From IMG/VR virus record IMGVR_UViG_3300025167_000005: a DNA stretch of 64,000 nt. One strand, written 5' to 3'. Positions 18,574 through 27,210 of this stretch are shown piece after piece; the stretch's first letter is position 1; each line of letters begins with the position of its first letter. The DNA is from an uncultured virus (IMG/VR IMGVR_UViG_3300025167_000005). Lineage: Duplodnaviria > Heunggongvirae > Uroviricota > Caudoviricetes. Below the pieces are notes generated by a model. The model was not told where the DNA came from. It made no database searches and worked only from the letters and a program-made list of their open reading frames with translations. The position numbers and the translations under genes are program-made.

Positions 18574-19776
18574 GTGCCCGAATACAAGCAACAGTGGCAG
18601 GTCTCATCGAGCGACGGAGAGCGCGCGTACACGGTCTCTGTCACGTTTGATGACGTGTGGTCGTGTTCATGTGTTGGATGGACGCGCCACATGCCTCGTC
18701 ACGACTGCAAGCACGTCAAGGGCAAGAAAGTCCAATTCCAGTCTTCCTCACAAAGCCCACGAAAGACCACTGAACATTCGGAAGGTGCCAGCGGATGGCC
18801 CGTTGATTCTGCGCCAACGGCTGCGAGCGCAGTGAAAGCCGGAGCGAGCAAGGAAGAGGCCGCGGATGTTGCACGAGTGAAGCGGGAAGAGGTTCAGGCA
18901 AAGAAGGACGCCAAGCTCGGTAAGATTCGATTTGGGTTTCAATTGGCGCACAAGTATGAGCCATCCGACCTAAACATCGGGAAGTGGGTAGCGGAAGTGA
19001 AATATGATGGCGAGCTTGGGATGCTTATCGATGGAAGAATCATCAACAGGTCTGGCCGCGATGTGACTCACAGATTCCCGGAGATTGGGGTCATCGGTGA
19101 CGCGGTCCTCGTTGGTGAGATAGTCATTCTTGACGAGAGCGGTTTCTCGTGCTTCAACAAAATTCAGGAGCGCAACACGGACGACTTGCTCAAGATTCAA
19201 ATGGCAGCAAGGACTTCGCCTGCGACGTTCGTGGCATTCGATATGCTTGAAGATTCGAGTGGCCGCAATTTGACGGGGTTACCTCTCTCGGAGCGACGTG
19301 TGGCAATGGAAATCTACTTCCAAGGTCCTGGCACATTCTTGGGGCGCAGGGGTGTGAAGCTTTCGGAGCAAATTCCAATCGAGAACGATACCGATGTGCA
19401 GATTCTGGTCAACAGATGCCGTGAGCTTGGGACGGAAGGCATCATGCTCAAGAACATGGGCTCGGCCTACGTTGCCAAGCGTGGACGGAACTGGGTCAAG
19501 GCCAAGACGTGGCAAGAAACCGAATTACCGGTCCTACGCTACGAAGATACCGGCGTTGGCGATGGTTTTGTTATCTACGTGCAACTGACCACCGGACGAG
19601 AGCAGCGTGTAGTCGTTAACGGATTCCGGGACCGGGAAGCTCTCAAATCTGGTCTCGCGGCTGGTAAAGTCATGGCCGAAATCAAGTTCTTGAGCGCGTC
19701 GAAGGAAGATGGGGCATTGCGATTTCCGAGCTTCCGGCGGTTGGTCGAAGTCGCTGGTCGAAGGTTGATTCCATGA
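18574..19776 (+). CDS. lig: ATP-dependent DNA ligase with N-terminal SWIM Zn finger
   Basis: WSCSC..CKH (SWIM); EVKYDG motif I, NRSGR, GEIV, FDML, EGIMLK, WVKAK, LRFPSF. Confidence 0.9.
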   Translation: MPEYKQQWQVSSSDGERAYTVSVTFDDVWSCSCVGWTRHMPRHDCKHVKGKKVQFQSSSQSPRKTTEHSEGASGWPVDSAPTAASAVKAGASKEEAADVARVKREEVQAKKDAKLGKIRFGFQLAHKYEPSDLNIGKWVAEVKYDGELGMLIDGRIINRSGRDVTHRFPEIGVIGDAVLVGEIVILDESGFSCFNKIQERNTDDLLKIQMAARTSPATFVAFDMLEDSSGRNLTGLPLSERRVAMEIYFQGPGTFLGRRGVKLSEQIPIENDTDVQILVNRCRELGTEGIMLKNMGSAYVAKRGRNWVKAKTWQETELPVLRYEDTGVGDGFVIYVQLTTGREQRVVVNGFRDREALKSGLAAGKVMAEIKFLSASKEDGALRFPSFRRLVEVAGRRLIP

Positions 19777-19829
19777 AGTGCATAACGCCGAGCAAATCCA
19801 GCAACCTGTAAAGGGTTGAACGAAACGAA

Positions 19830-20879
19830 CTATCGAAGGTCCACGAGCCACCAGTGCGCCAGGGGCCGCTTGTCGGAGATGCTGAAGAGAAGCTGGCTTG
19901 GGAACCCGTCGAAAGCCAGGTTCATCGTGTAGTCGTCGGCGCTGCCGAACAGGGCACCGTTGTAGGCGATAGGGACCCCGTTGAAGTTCTCGAATCGGGC
20001 GTTGTGATAGTGGCCCGTGAGGAAGGCATCGACGCCGAAGCGTTGTAGCCAGCCTCCGAACTTGGAACGTCCCGCCGCGGTCTGTGGGTGCTGTGGCGTC
20101 TTGTGCATGAGGAAGAATTTGTGTTCGTCCTTGCTCTTGTATTTGGGGATGCGAGCGATGTGCAGTTGGTCGTATCCGATGTCGAAGAACACGTTGTCCA
20201 GGGAGCTGCATCCGAACTCCAGCATTTTGGCCAACAGGGTGTCGAAGTTGGTCTGCCAATGGAAGGCCGTTGAACCTCCACTGGTTCGAATCTCTCCATG
20301 ATTTCCTTGGACACTGTGGACCCAAACATTGGAAAACTCCTTGGAAGCCCAGGCCAGGAGATTGGTTTTGAGCACCTCGGCTGCAAGGGAGACTTGCTTG
20401 ATGACGGGAAGCTCGGAGTTCCAGGTCTGCGTGGCATAGATTTGCTCGCCGTCGATGATGTCGCCGACCAGGAACAGGTGGATGTCTTCGATGTGGTGGA
20501 CCTCGCGCATGTAGTCGTCCCAGAGGTGACGGGCGTTCTGCACGATTTGTTTGATACGCTGGATAGCAATATCGACGGAAAAGACAACCTCATTATCAAT
20601 TTCGGCGAACTTGCCTACATGTAAGTCGCTTAGTAGTATGCCAAGGGCTTCGTCGGTCGTCCGATGGACGCTGCGTGGAATTTTCCTGGGGATGGGGTGG
20701 CTCTTTCCCAGGTCGGTCAGGGCTTTGGCCATCTCGTTGTAGGCCTCGGTCTTGCCTTCTCTGCGAACTTTGAGGGCTCCGATAGGCATGGTCATGCCTT
20801 CAGGACGGGCATTCTTATGGTTGGCAAGGCAGTTTTTGGCTACTGTCCGGTAGGTGTCGAACGTCTTCTTGTAGACCAT
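19830..20879 (-). CDS. Calcineurin-like metallophosphoesterase
   Basis: SDLHVG, GDIIDG, GNHG, MHK, GHYH. Confidence 0.88.
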   Translation of the reverse strand: MVYKKTFDTYRTVAKNCLANHKNARPEGMTMPIGALKVRREGKTEAYNEMAKALTDLGKSHPIPRKIPRSVHRTTDEALGILLSDLHVGKFAEIDNEVVFSVDIAIQRIKQIVQNARHLWDDYMREVHHIEDIHLFLVGDIIDGEQIYATQTWNSELPVIKQVSLAAEVLKTNLLAWASKEFSNVWVHSVQGNHGEIRTSGGSTAFHWQTNFDTLLAKMLEFGCSSLDNVFFDIGYDQLHIARIPKYKSKDEHKFFLMHKTPQHPQTAAGRSKFGGWLQRFGVDAFLTGHYHNARFENFNGVPIAYNGALFGSADDYTMNLAFDGFPSQLLFSISDKRPLAHWWLVDLR

Positions 20880-20902
20880 CTGGAATCTCTTTGGTGGAAG
20901 AG

Positions 20903-21556
20903 CTATTTCAACCTTACCCGTCTGAGGTGTCGTCTAACTTCCACGGTGCGGATGCCTTCTCGCGCACCTCGCGGTGCGTGTCTATGTCCAAACGGACTGG
21001 ACCGAGGCAAGATGGCTTCCATGAGATTTTTGATGCGCTTGACGTTTTCTCGTTCTGGCACGTCGCGGTTCCATGGCTGGTCGCGTAGGACCATTAGACG
21101 CTGCGATGGGATTTCTGTGGCGAGTGAGGGGTTGTCATCGATGAACACGTCGTAGTCGAGGGTCGCCTTACTGTCTCTCATACCTTTCGGGAAGTGTACA
21201 AGATTGTCATAGGGGATATCGTTCTCGGCGAGCCAGCGTCGCAGGGTTTCCGTCTTGGCCAACGTTTTTGTTACAACATCAACGCGATGCCCGTCTTGTC
21301 GCAAGCGGTGCATCATTGTAGATGCGTTGGAATCTGGTTTGACCTCGCCAGCTTCCCAGACCGCTTCCATTGTACGGAGAACCTTGTCACGCTGTTTGCT
21401 CCTTGGAAGCGCGGCAAGCTCGGAGAACAGGTTCCAGAAGTTCCAGGCCGTAACATCCTCTTTCCCGTAATGTGAGCCCCATTCTCTGTTCAGACGGTCC
21501 AGGACAGGTGAAATGGCCTCGGCCAGCACCCCATCAATGTCTACGGCATACTTCAT
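20903..21556 (-). CDS. HAD 5'(3')-nucleotidase-like protein with C-terminal Arg tag
   Basis: VDIDGVL, VVT, FIDDNP, QPWN; ends VEVRRHLRRVRLK. Confidence 0.85.
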   Translation of the reverse strand: MKYAVDIDGVLAEAISPVLDRLNREWGSHYGKEDVTAWNFWNLFSELAALPRSKQRDKVLRTMEAVWEAGEVKPDSNASTMMHRLRQDGHRVDVVTKTLAKTETLRRWLAENDIPYDNLVHFPKGMRDSKATLDYDVFIDDNPSLATEIPSQRLMVLRDQPWNRDVPERENVKRIKNLMEAILPRSSPFGHRHAPRGAREGIRTVEVRRHLRRVRLK

Positions 21557-22227
21557 CAGCGCTGCCTTCGTCTATGAGCATGCACATGTACGTTGGGAGC
21601 GGCACGCCTGAATGGGCCGAAGGCAGCCATCTCCTCCTTAGTGCTCGTGCGCAGATAGGGAGGGATTTCGGGGAACGTGGCAACCGAGGCTCGCCGCGGG
21701 AGACCCGGGGGCATTTCCGAGGTCGGTACGTCGTTAAGGGTCTCCCATGTCCCCGTCTTTCCGTCGATGACGCCAATGGGGGTCATCTCGGTGACCTTGA
21801 CGGCGCAGACGCAGGGCTTCGAGTAGACCACGGCGCGATTGGCTCCCTCGTCGAGGAGCATAACGATGAGCCAACCCTTTAGCCCCTTGGCTGTGAGCCA
21901 GGCCTCGATGGCAGACAGCTTCTCGTGCTCTGGCCCGATGATGCGGGTCTTCCCCCGGAAGGACACGAACCCATAGTCACCGCTGAACTTGATGCGCTTG
22001 TTCGGGTCGGTGACCACTTTGACCTGGTAACCAATGTGATGACGGTGGTCGATGACATCGACAGGAGGCCCAGGTCTGATGCTCCAACTGGGCATGGACT
22101 TCTGTCCGACAAGTTCTCCGGACACGATTTTTGCCCAGATGGCTTCGCCTGCATGGCCCATCTCGCCCTTGAGCCGCGTGCCCATGGCCCTCTGGATGGG
22201 TCCGCCCACGGACTGCTGGTGGACCAT
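21556..22227 (-). CDS. Possible PD-(D/E)xK nuclease-fold protein with C-terminal Arg tag
   Basis: GHAGE..PVDVI..YQVK pattern; ends VHVHAHRRRQR. Confidence 0.55.
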   Translation of the reverse strand: MVHQQSVGGPIQRAMGTRLKGEMGHAGEAIWAKIVSGELVGQKSMPSWSIRPGPPVDVIDHRHHIGYQVKVVTDPNKRIKFSGDYGFVSFRGKTRIIGPEHEKLSAIEAWLTAKGLKGWLIVMLLDEGANRAVVYSKPCVCAVKVTEMTPIGVIDGKTGTWETLNDVPTSEMPPGLPRRASVATFPEIPPYLRTSTKEEMAAFGPFRRAAPNVHVHAHRRRQR

Positions 22228-22544
22228 CAGAGTTCTCCTTTGGCTTTCTTGCGCTCGAAGTCCTTGATGGACATCTCTCCGCCCCAACCTACGCAGACAA
22301 TGGGAAGGGTGGTCTTGAAATAGCTCATCCAGTCTGCGGGCATCGGATGGTCTTTCTCGTCCAGGTACTCGTAGTCGTGGACCACCAGATAGGTTTTGAA
22401 CTCGGTCTGGAGTATCTCAACGATGACCGGATTGTGGAGACGTGTGTTTGGCGGCAGAGCCAGTTCGTCTTCTACGATGGCCGCCCGGAACTTGCGGAAG
22501 TCTCCCTGTCCTGCCCATGAAAGGAGCAGGTAGAAGTGCATCAT
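22227..22544 (-). CDS. Hypothetical protein
   Basis: Coupled to both neighbours (ATGA and TGATG). Confidence 0.65.
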   Translation of the reverse strand: MMHFYLLLSWAGQGDFRKFRAAIVEDELALPPNTRLHNPVIVEILQTEFKTYLVVHDYEYLDEKDHPMPADWMSYFKTTLPIVCVGWGGEMSIKDFERKKAKGEL

Positions 22545-23041
22545 TCTTGTCGCCTCCGTATATGCGCAGAGACCTTGACCGCCCTTCGTCTCACCGGGCG
22601 ATGGACGATGTAACGCAACGGGCAGCCGGTCTCCAGCGTCGTGTCTCTTTGAACGTGCGGATTGGCTCGCGTGATGGATTCCCACACACGGTCGGATTCC
22701 GCATTACGAGACGTGTCGGAGCAGACAGGAGTCCGTCCGGCCTTGAGCATGTCGTTGATGGCTTCGACGTACAGCCAGCGTCCCACCCGCCTGCGGACCA
22801 GGCGGGTGCTGCGGAGAGAAAAATCGATGAGGCTCAACAAGACCTCCCACCGGTCGCCGCGCCGTGTGAACACGATTCGACCAAGGTCTTCTCCCAGGTC
22901 GTCGCGTATCATGTATTCTGCGTTGCCCGCTGCGACGAAACTGCGGACCAGGTGGAGGCGCCTTCCCTCGATGATGTTGAAAGAGATGAGGGTTTCGTCC
23001 GGATAGACGGAGACTCGTGAGTAGCGGGGTCCAAGGGTCAT
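22541..23041 (-). CDS. GNAT-like protein with C-terminal Arg tag
   Basis: RRRVGRWLY..SDTSRN..DRVWESI resembles the motif-A region; ends VKVSAHIRRRQE. Confidence 0.55.
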   Translation of the reverse strand: MTLGPRYSRVSVYPDETLISFNIIEGRRLHLVRSFVAAGNAEYMIRDDLGEDLGRIVFTRRGDRWEVLLSLIDFSLRSTRLVRRRVGRWLYVEAINDMLKAGRTPVCSDTSRNAESDRVWESITRANPHVQRDTTLETGCPLRYIVHRPVRRRAVKVSAHIRRRQE

Positions 23042-23538
23042 TAAATCCTCTTCAACAGTCCAAGTCGGATGCGGTTCACGGTCTTCGACCGGTGACAGAG
23101 GCAAGATTTGGATGGGTGGCGCAGGTGACGGCGGACCCGGGTGCGGAGGGATGCCTTGAATTGACGGGTTGCTCTCCGTCGCAACACTCTCCTATGGCGA
23201 GGTGCGGGAGCTTCTTCCAGGAACTCATCTCGGGTCATGTCATAGATGTTGATTTCGGTGTCTCCAGAAATACCTGCTGTGCGAGGAACGTCAATAACCA
23301 CCTGCTTGTAGGCTCCTTTCATCCAAGCATCGAGCTTGTCTCGGATGGAGAAGATGGTGTCGGGATATCCTTCGAGGTTCAATTCGATACCGCGGAGGCC
23401 TCGAACGCGGACCCATCCGGCGTTCAACGCATCTTCTGGAAACAGACCGTGTGACTCAAGAAGCTCCATATGAGTGTTCATTAGGTGGGGGTCGCTGACC
23501 CGGATAATTTCTCCTGATGGAGCGAACCAGGCAATCAT
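23041..23538 (-). CDS. Hypothetical protein with near-terminal Arg tag; related to 58898-59365
   Basis: W.xPxGE..H..WVRV shared with 58898; TRVRRHLR near the C-terminus. Confidence 0.7.
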   Translation of the reverse strand: MIAWFAPSGEIIRVSDPHLMNTHMELLESHGLFPEDALNAGWVRVRGLRGIELNLEGYPDTIFSIRDKLDAWMKGAYKQVVIDVPRTAGISGDTEINIYDMTRDEFLEEAPAPRHRRVLRRRATRQFKASLRTRVRRHLRHPSKSCLCHRSKTVNRIRLGLLKRI

Positions 23539-23990
23539 GCTCTCTTCCGTCTGTAAGACCTCACGAACGTATCCAGCGTGAACGCTCTCCGTCTCAGTCC
23601 AGGCGGACCTCGGTCAGGTCGCACCGTGATATGTTCCTCGGGCTCGTAGAACTTGCGGCTGGCCGGAAACCAGACCTCGGGGACTGCTGAGAACTGGTCT
23701 GCGGTGATGTCGAGGACTGCGTTGTCGTGCTGAGGGAACTCAATCCAGACATGAACCAGGTCGGCCAGATTACTGGGGTCGAGTTCCGGGTCCTCGACAG
23801 GACCGTGCCAGGTGCCGCTCACGATGCGATGCGGGATTCCTGCGGCTTGGAGTTTCTGGGACAAGGCGATGGTGGCATTGAAGCACTCGCCGGTCGGCGT
23901 ACAGTAGAGCAACTGCTCGTTGAGCGTCTTGCGGACAGACGTGGCAATGCCGAGGATGCGCCTTCGCGTAGTCTTGGAGGGAGGAGCCAT
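23535..23990 (-). CDS. Papain/transglutaminase-like C-H-D protein with C-terminal Arg tag
   Basis: GECFNA, HVWIE, LDITADQF; ends TFVRSYRRKRA. Confidence 0.75.
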   Translation of the reverse strand: MAPPSKTTRRRILGIATSVRKTLNEQLLYCTPTGECFNATIALSQKLQAAGIPHRIVSGTWHGPVEDPELDPSNLADLVHVWIEFPQHDNAVLDITADQFSAVPEVWFPASRKFYEPEEHITVRPDRGPPGLRRRAFTLDTFVRSYRRKRA

Positions 23991-24071
23991 CGCATGATTC
24001 CTTGTTTGTGCAGGCTTATAAGCCTTTGTGAGGCGATAGCTTTATATGCGCCAGCATCTCAGAAGAAAGTC

Positions 24072-24212
24072 GTGCCAGTTCCCCGCCTGGTCAAGTCACC
24101 CTACGTCGTGGTCAAGGAGCACTACCGGGCCAAGCCCGGCGAGGGGCGCCAGGAAGCCCGTCGGAGACCCAAGAAGAAGCGGAAGCGTCGCGGCGCGGTT
24201 TCTTACATCTGA
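24072..24212 (+). CDS. Small highly basic protein (46 aa) with tag-like motif
   Basis: GTG start about 25 nt after TTTATATG; VVVKEHYR..RRRPKKKRKRR. Confidence 0.55.
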   Translation: MPVPRLVKSPYVVVKEHYRAKPGEGRQEARRRPKKKRKRRGAVSYI

Positions 24213-24266
24213 GCAAGGCTCCAAGCAACCTTTAAATACCCGACCTGGTCATCCATCTCCGACTCA

Positions 24267-24959
24267 ATGGTCGCCGCAGAAATCATCCTTGGCATAGGCA
24301 TCCTGGCCTTTGTGATTGCCCTTGCAGTAAAAGGAACCAGCCAGAAGAGGGTGCTCGCTCTTGCCGGAGGGATTCTCGTCATCTTTTCTGCTGCGGCGGG
24401 TGGTCTCGCGTTTGTCGGGATTGAGGGCATCATTGACCTGGAACCCAAGACTCCGCCCAAGGCGAATTCCTTGTTCTCGGCATCCATCCTGTATAGCTCG
24501 GATACGGACCGGACCGAGGTTGGCGAGACCGTCAGTACGGACGGGCACACCATCACCTACTCGATGGCCGATGCCCAGATGGATGGACTCGGTGATGTCA
24601 ATCTGGATGTCCGGGTGACCAACCAGAACATAGGAATTGTGGACGACATCTGGGCGTTCTCCGCGATAATCACGGAGATGAGCACCATCGGGACTCCGGC
24701 CAATCCGATTCTCAACCAGACCGACTCGGCGTCTCGTTGGGACGTGTCCTGGACGCTAACCGACGCCGGGTCGCCTACGTTGAGCCAGTCCGGTGACCAG
24801 GCATCTTCGAACGACTGGAAGACGGGGTTGAGCGACGTGCTCAACATTGATATGGCAGTCAACCCGGGAGCCGCGGACGACATCACGTCCGGACAGTACA
24901 TCCATGTAGACTTCCTGGTCGGAGGCGTCACGCTTTCCGTGGTCCTGCTGGAGCAGTGA
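24267..24959 (+). CDS. Two-TM acidic beta-rich protein, paralog A (candidate structural protein)
   Basis: Own TATA promoter; SDTDRTE..DGHTI.Y..ADAQMDGLGDV shared with 25223. Confidence 0.85.
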   Translation: MVAAEIILGIGILAFVIALAVKGTSQKRVLALAGGILVIFSAAAGGLAFVGIEGIIDLEPKTPPKANSLFSASILYSSDTDRTEVGETVSTDGHTITYSMADAQMDGLGDVNLDVRVTNQNIGIVDDIWAFSAIITEMSTIGTPANPILNQTDSASRWDVSWTLTDAGSPTLSQSGDQASSNDWKTGLSDVLNIDMAVNPGAADDITSGQYIHVDFLVGGVTLSVVLLEQ

Positions 24960-24962
24960 GGA

Positions 24963-25106
24963 ATGCCGTCCACGGAAAAAGTTTATATTGCGTTGTTGGG
25001 CGGGCTGGCCGCAGCAGGAGCCGCAGCGGCCGTGGGAGTTCTCCTCGCAGGCGCGGTCTTGCTTGGGGCACTGACGGTTGGATTTCTTTTCGTCTTTCTT
25101 AACTGA
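24963..25106 (+). CDS. Small hydrophobic membrane peptide (47 aa)
   Basis: MPSTEKVYIALLGGLAAAGAAAAVGVLL...; GAGGA RBS. Confidence 0.55.
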   Translation: MPSTEKVYIALLGGLAAAGAAAAVGVLLAGAVLLGALTVGFLFVFLN

Positions 25107-25222
25107 AGCGTGTCATAGTCATCTACATATTCGCCCTCCAACCTTTAAATACTCGAATATGACCTCACCTCCTTGCATGGAAACTAAGCCGGTCGCCACA
25201 TCGGCAGGAGGTGTGATGTAAC

Positions 25223-25936
25223 ATGGTATCTTTCGTTGAGGTCTTGACGGTTCTCGCTCTCATCGCCGTGGGGGCTGCCTTCGTCGTGAAGGGCATGGAC
25301 AAGAAAATGAAGAAGAAAGTCGTGATTGGCGGACTCGTTGTCGCGTTCCTTGGCTCCGCAGCGGGCGGACTCGCGTTCGCGGGCGTTCCGGCCTATCTGA
25401 CCCTCGGTCCTTCGACGGGCATTGAGCCCAAGGCTGGGGCTCTCTGGATTGTCACGTTCAACAGTGGGTCGGACACCGACCGCACTGAGACGGAGACTAT
25501 CTCGGCCGATGGCCACACCATTGACTACTACCTGGCCGATGCCCAGATGGACGGTCTGGGTGACGTGGACCTGGAGGCTGACGTGGCCAACAAGAACCAG
25601 GGCTTGAACACGGAGAACTGGGGTCCGCTGGAGGTCAGTATCGCCTCGGTCGGTACGGTGCTCGTGAGCGCCATTCCGACGCCTGTGGCGAACTACACCG
25701 CGGACAGGACTCGGTTCAACGTTGCGTACTCCCTGACAACTGCGGGAGCACCGACGTTGGTTCAGGTCTTCGACTACGCTTACTCTACTGACTGGGTAAG
25801 TGGCGCGACGGACGAGGTCAACATGGACATGCCGATTGACCCGACTGTCGCGGACGACCTGCCCGCGGGCGGGAGCTTCTCGCTTGCCTACTCGGTGGGT
25901 GGAATCCTCCTGACTGCCAACCTGCGCGAACCGTAG
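25223..25936 (+). CDS. Two-TM acidic beta-rich protein, paralog B (candidate major structural protein)
   Basis: TATA at about 25143, AGGAGGTG RBS, followed by a terminator. Confidence 0.88.
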   Translation: MVSFVEVLTVLALIAVGAAFVVKGMDKKMKKKVVIGGLVVAFLGSAAGGLAFAGVPAYLTLGPSTGIEPKAGALWIVTFNSGSDTDRTETETISADGHTIDYYLADAQMDGLGDVDLEADVANKNQGLNTENWGPLEVSIASVGTVLVSAIPTPVANYTADRTRFNVAYSLTTAGAPTLVQVFDYAYSTDWVSGATDEVNMDMPIDPTVADDLPAGGSFSLAYSVGGILLTANLREP

Positions 25937-25952
25937 GCCAACCGGACTCACT

Positions 25953-25995
25953 GGAGGCGCACGAAAACGGTGCGTCTCCCCTTCTTTCTTTTTGT
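25953..25995 (+). terminator. Hairpin plus pyrimidine/T tract terminator
   Basis: GGAGGCGCAC-GAAAACG-GTGCGTCTCC followed by CTTCTTTCTTTTT. Confidence 0.75.
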
Positions 25996-26020
25996 TCTGA
26001 ACCTTTGGGTCTCGGCCAAC

Positions 26021-26266
26021 CTACAGGTTTCCGTCGCGGAGTAGAATCTTCAGAAGTCGTTGAGATTCTGGAAGCTCCTTCTGGGCCTTGCGCGCAGCTC
26101 TCACGAGTTGGGCTCGTGTTTGCCAGTCAAGTGTCGAGTGGAAGATGGCATCACGCATGTAGTCCTCGATTTCCTTTGCCTCGGACGACGTGCATCCAGT
26201 TGCCTCGACGATGAGGTCTGTATAACGAGTTCTCCGTGTCTGCCCATCGGTCTTGTCGGTTGCCAT
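26021..26266 (-). CDS. Small hypothetical protein under a class-II promoter
   Basis: MATDKTDGQ...; TATATAAA-N9-CCATAGTAG upstream. Confidence 0.7.
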   Translation of the reverse strand: MATDKTDGQTRRTRYTDLIVEATGCTSSEAKEIEDYMRDAIFHSTLDWQTRAQLVRAARKAQKELPESQRLLKILLRDGNL

Positions 26267-26300
26267 GTTCCTACTATGGCGTCCTTCCTTTATATACCTT
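26267..26300 (-). promoter_or_regulatory. Class-II promoter (TATA-N9-CCATAGTAG)
   Basis: GGTATATAAAGGAAGGACGCCATAGTAGGAACATG. Confidence 0.75.
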
Positions 26301-26345
26301 CGTCGTTCCGAGTCTTTAAATACTTCCGGTGCCTGGTAAGAACCG

Positions 26346-26813
26346 ATGACCACCCTTGGCAAGTTGGCCTGGCACGTACACCACACGCAACTTGTCGAAC
26401 GGCTGACCGAGGGTGGGCTTACCGCCCGTCGGAAGTACATCCAGGAGAACAAGCCCGAGAGCGAGATTGAGACTCGTCTGCGGTTGCTCAAGCTGGTCAA
26501 GGACCAGAAGACGATGGGTCACATCTCGAAGACCTACGAAGAGGCCGAGGCTTTCGCCTGGAAGGTCTACGAGGAAGCCGTGGCTCTCGCCCAGAAGGCC
26601 TACGCCGAGGCCAAGGCTTCCGCCTACGAGGAGGCCGAGGCTTCTGCCTGGAAGGTCTACTATGAGGTTGTTGTTCCCGCCAGGAAGGTCCGCGCCAAGG
26701 CCATGGATTCCGCCGGGAAGGTCTACGACGAGGCCTTGGACCGGTTGCATAAGAAGGAGTGCAGGAACTGTCCGTGGAACGGGAAGACCATCTTTCCCGG
26801 GGGAAACAGATGA
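26346..26813 (+). CDS. MTTLGK-family hendecad-repeat protein, copy 1
   Basis: WHVHH N-domain, 11-aa repeats, HKKECRNCPWNGKTIFP end. Confidence 0.85.
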   Translation: MTTLGKLAWHVHHTQLVERLTEGGLTARRKYIQENKPESEIETRLRLLKLVKDQKTMGHISKTYEEAEAFAWKVYEEAVALAQKAYAEAKASAYEEAEASAWKVYYEVVVPARKVRAKAMDSAGKVYDEALDRLHKKECRNCPWNGKTIFPGGNR

Positions 26814-26902
26814 CTTGCTCTGTTTGCTTGTTCTTTCTGTCTGAGTCTGGGATGTGTACCGGTTGCAACGAGCCAGAATATGGCTGCGGGTGCGACCGAT
26901 GA
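26810..26902 (+). CDS. Cys-rich micro-protein (30 aa)
   Basis: MTCSVC...CTGC...CGCDR; ATGA overlaps at both ends. Confidence 0.45.
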   Translation: MTCSVCLFFLSESGMCTGCNEPEYGCGCDR

Positions 26903-27210
26903 GCAGTGCCATCGAGGCTCAACTTGAGACGGCCTTGAAGCGTATCCGGCAGTTCCAGAAGGAACTCGGGATGCTTCACGTTATGAACCAGACCCTTGTT
27001 CTGCGTAACGATGAGCGCAACAGGCATGTTGCCGAGCTGGTCGAGGCCAAGGTCGCCTTCGTGGTGAAGTCTGCAAGAGCTGAAGCACGGGTCTTGATGC
27101 TGGAGACTCTCCTGGAAACACACTATCCGTACTGGGAAACCTGTCCTTGTAAGACGTGCAAGAATGCGGTAAAAGAGTATGATGTGGCTCTTGGGAGGAT
27201 TCTGGTATGA
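26899..27210 (+). CDS. Coiled-coil protein with CxCxxC
   Basis: MSSAIEAQLE..., CPCKTC. Confidence 0.65.
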   Translation: MSSAIEAQLETALKRIRQFQKELGMLHVMNQTLVLRNDERNRHVAELVEAKVAFVVKSARAEARVLMLETLLETHYPYWETCPCKTCKNAVKEYDVALGRILV

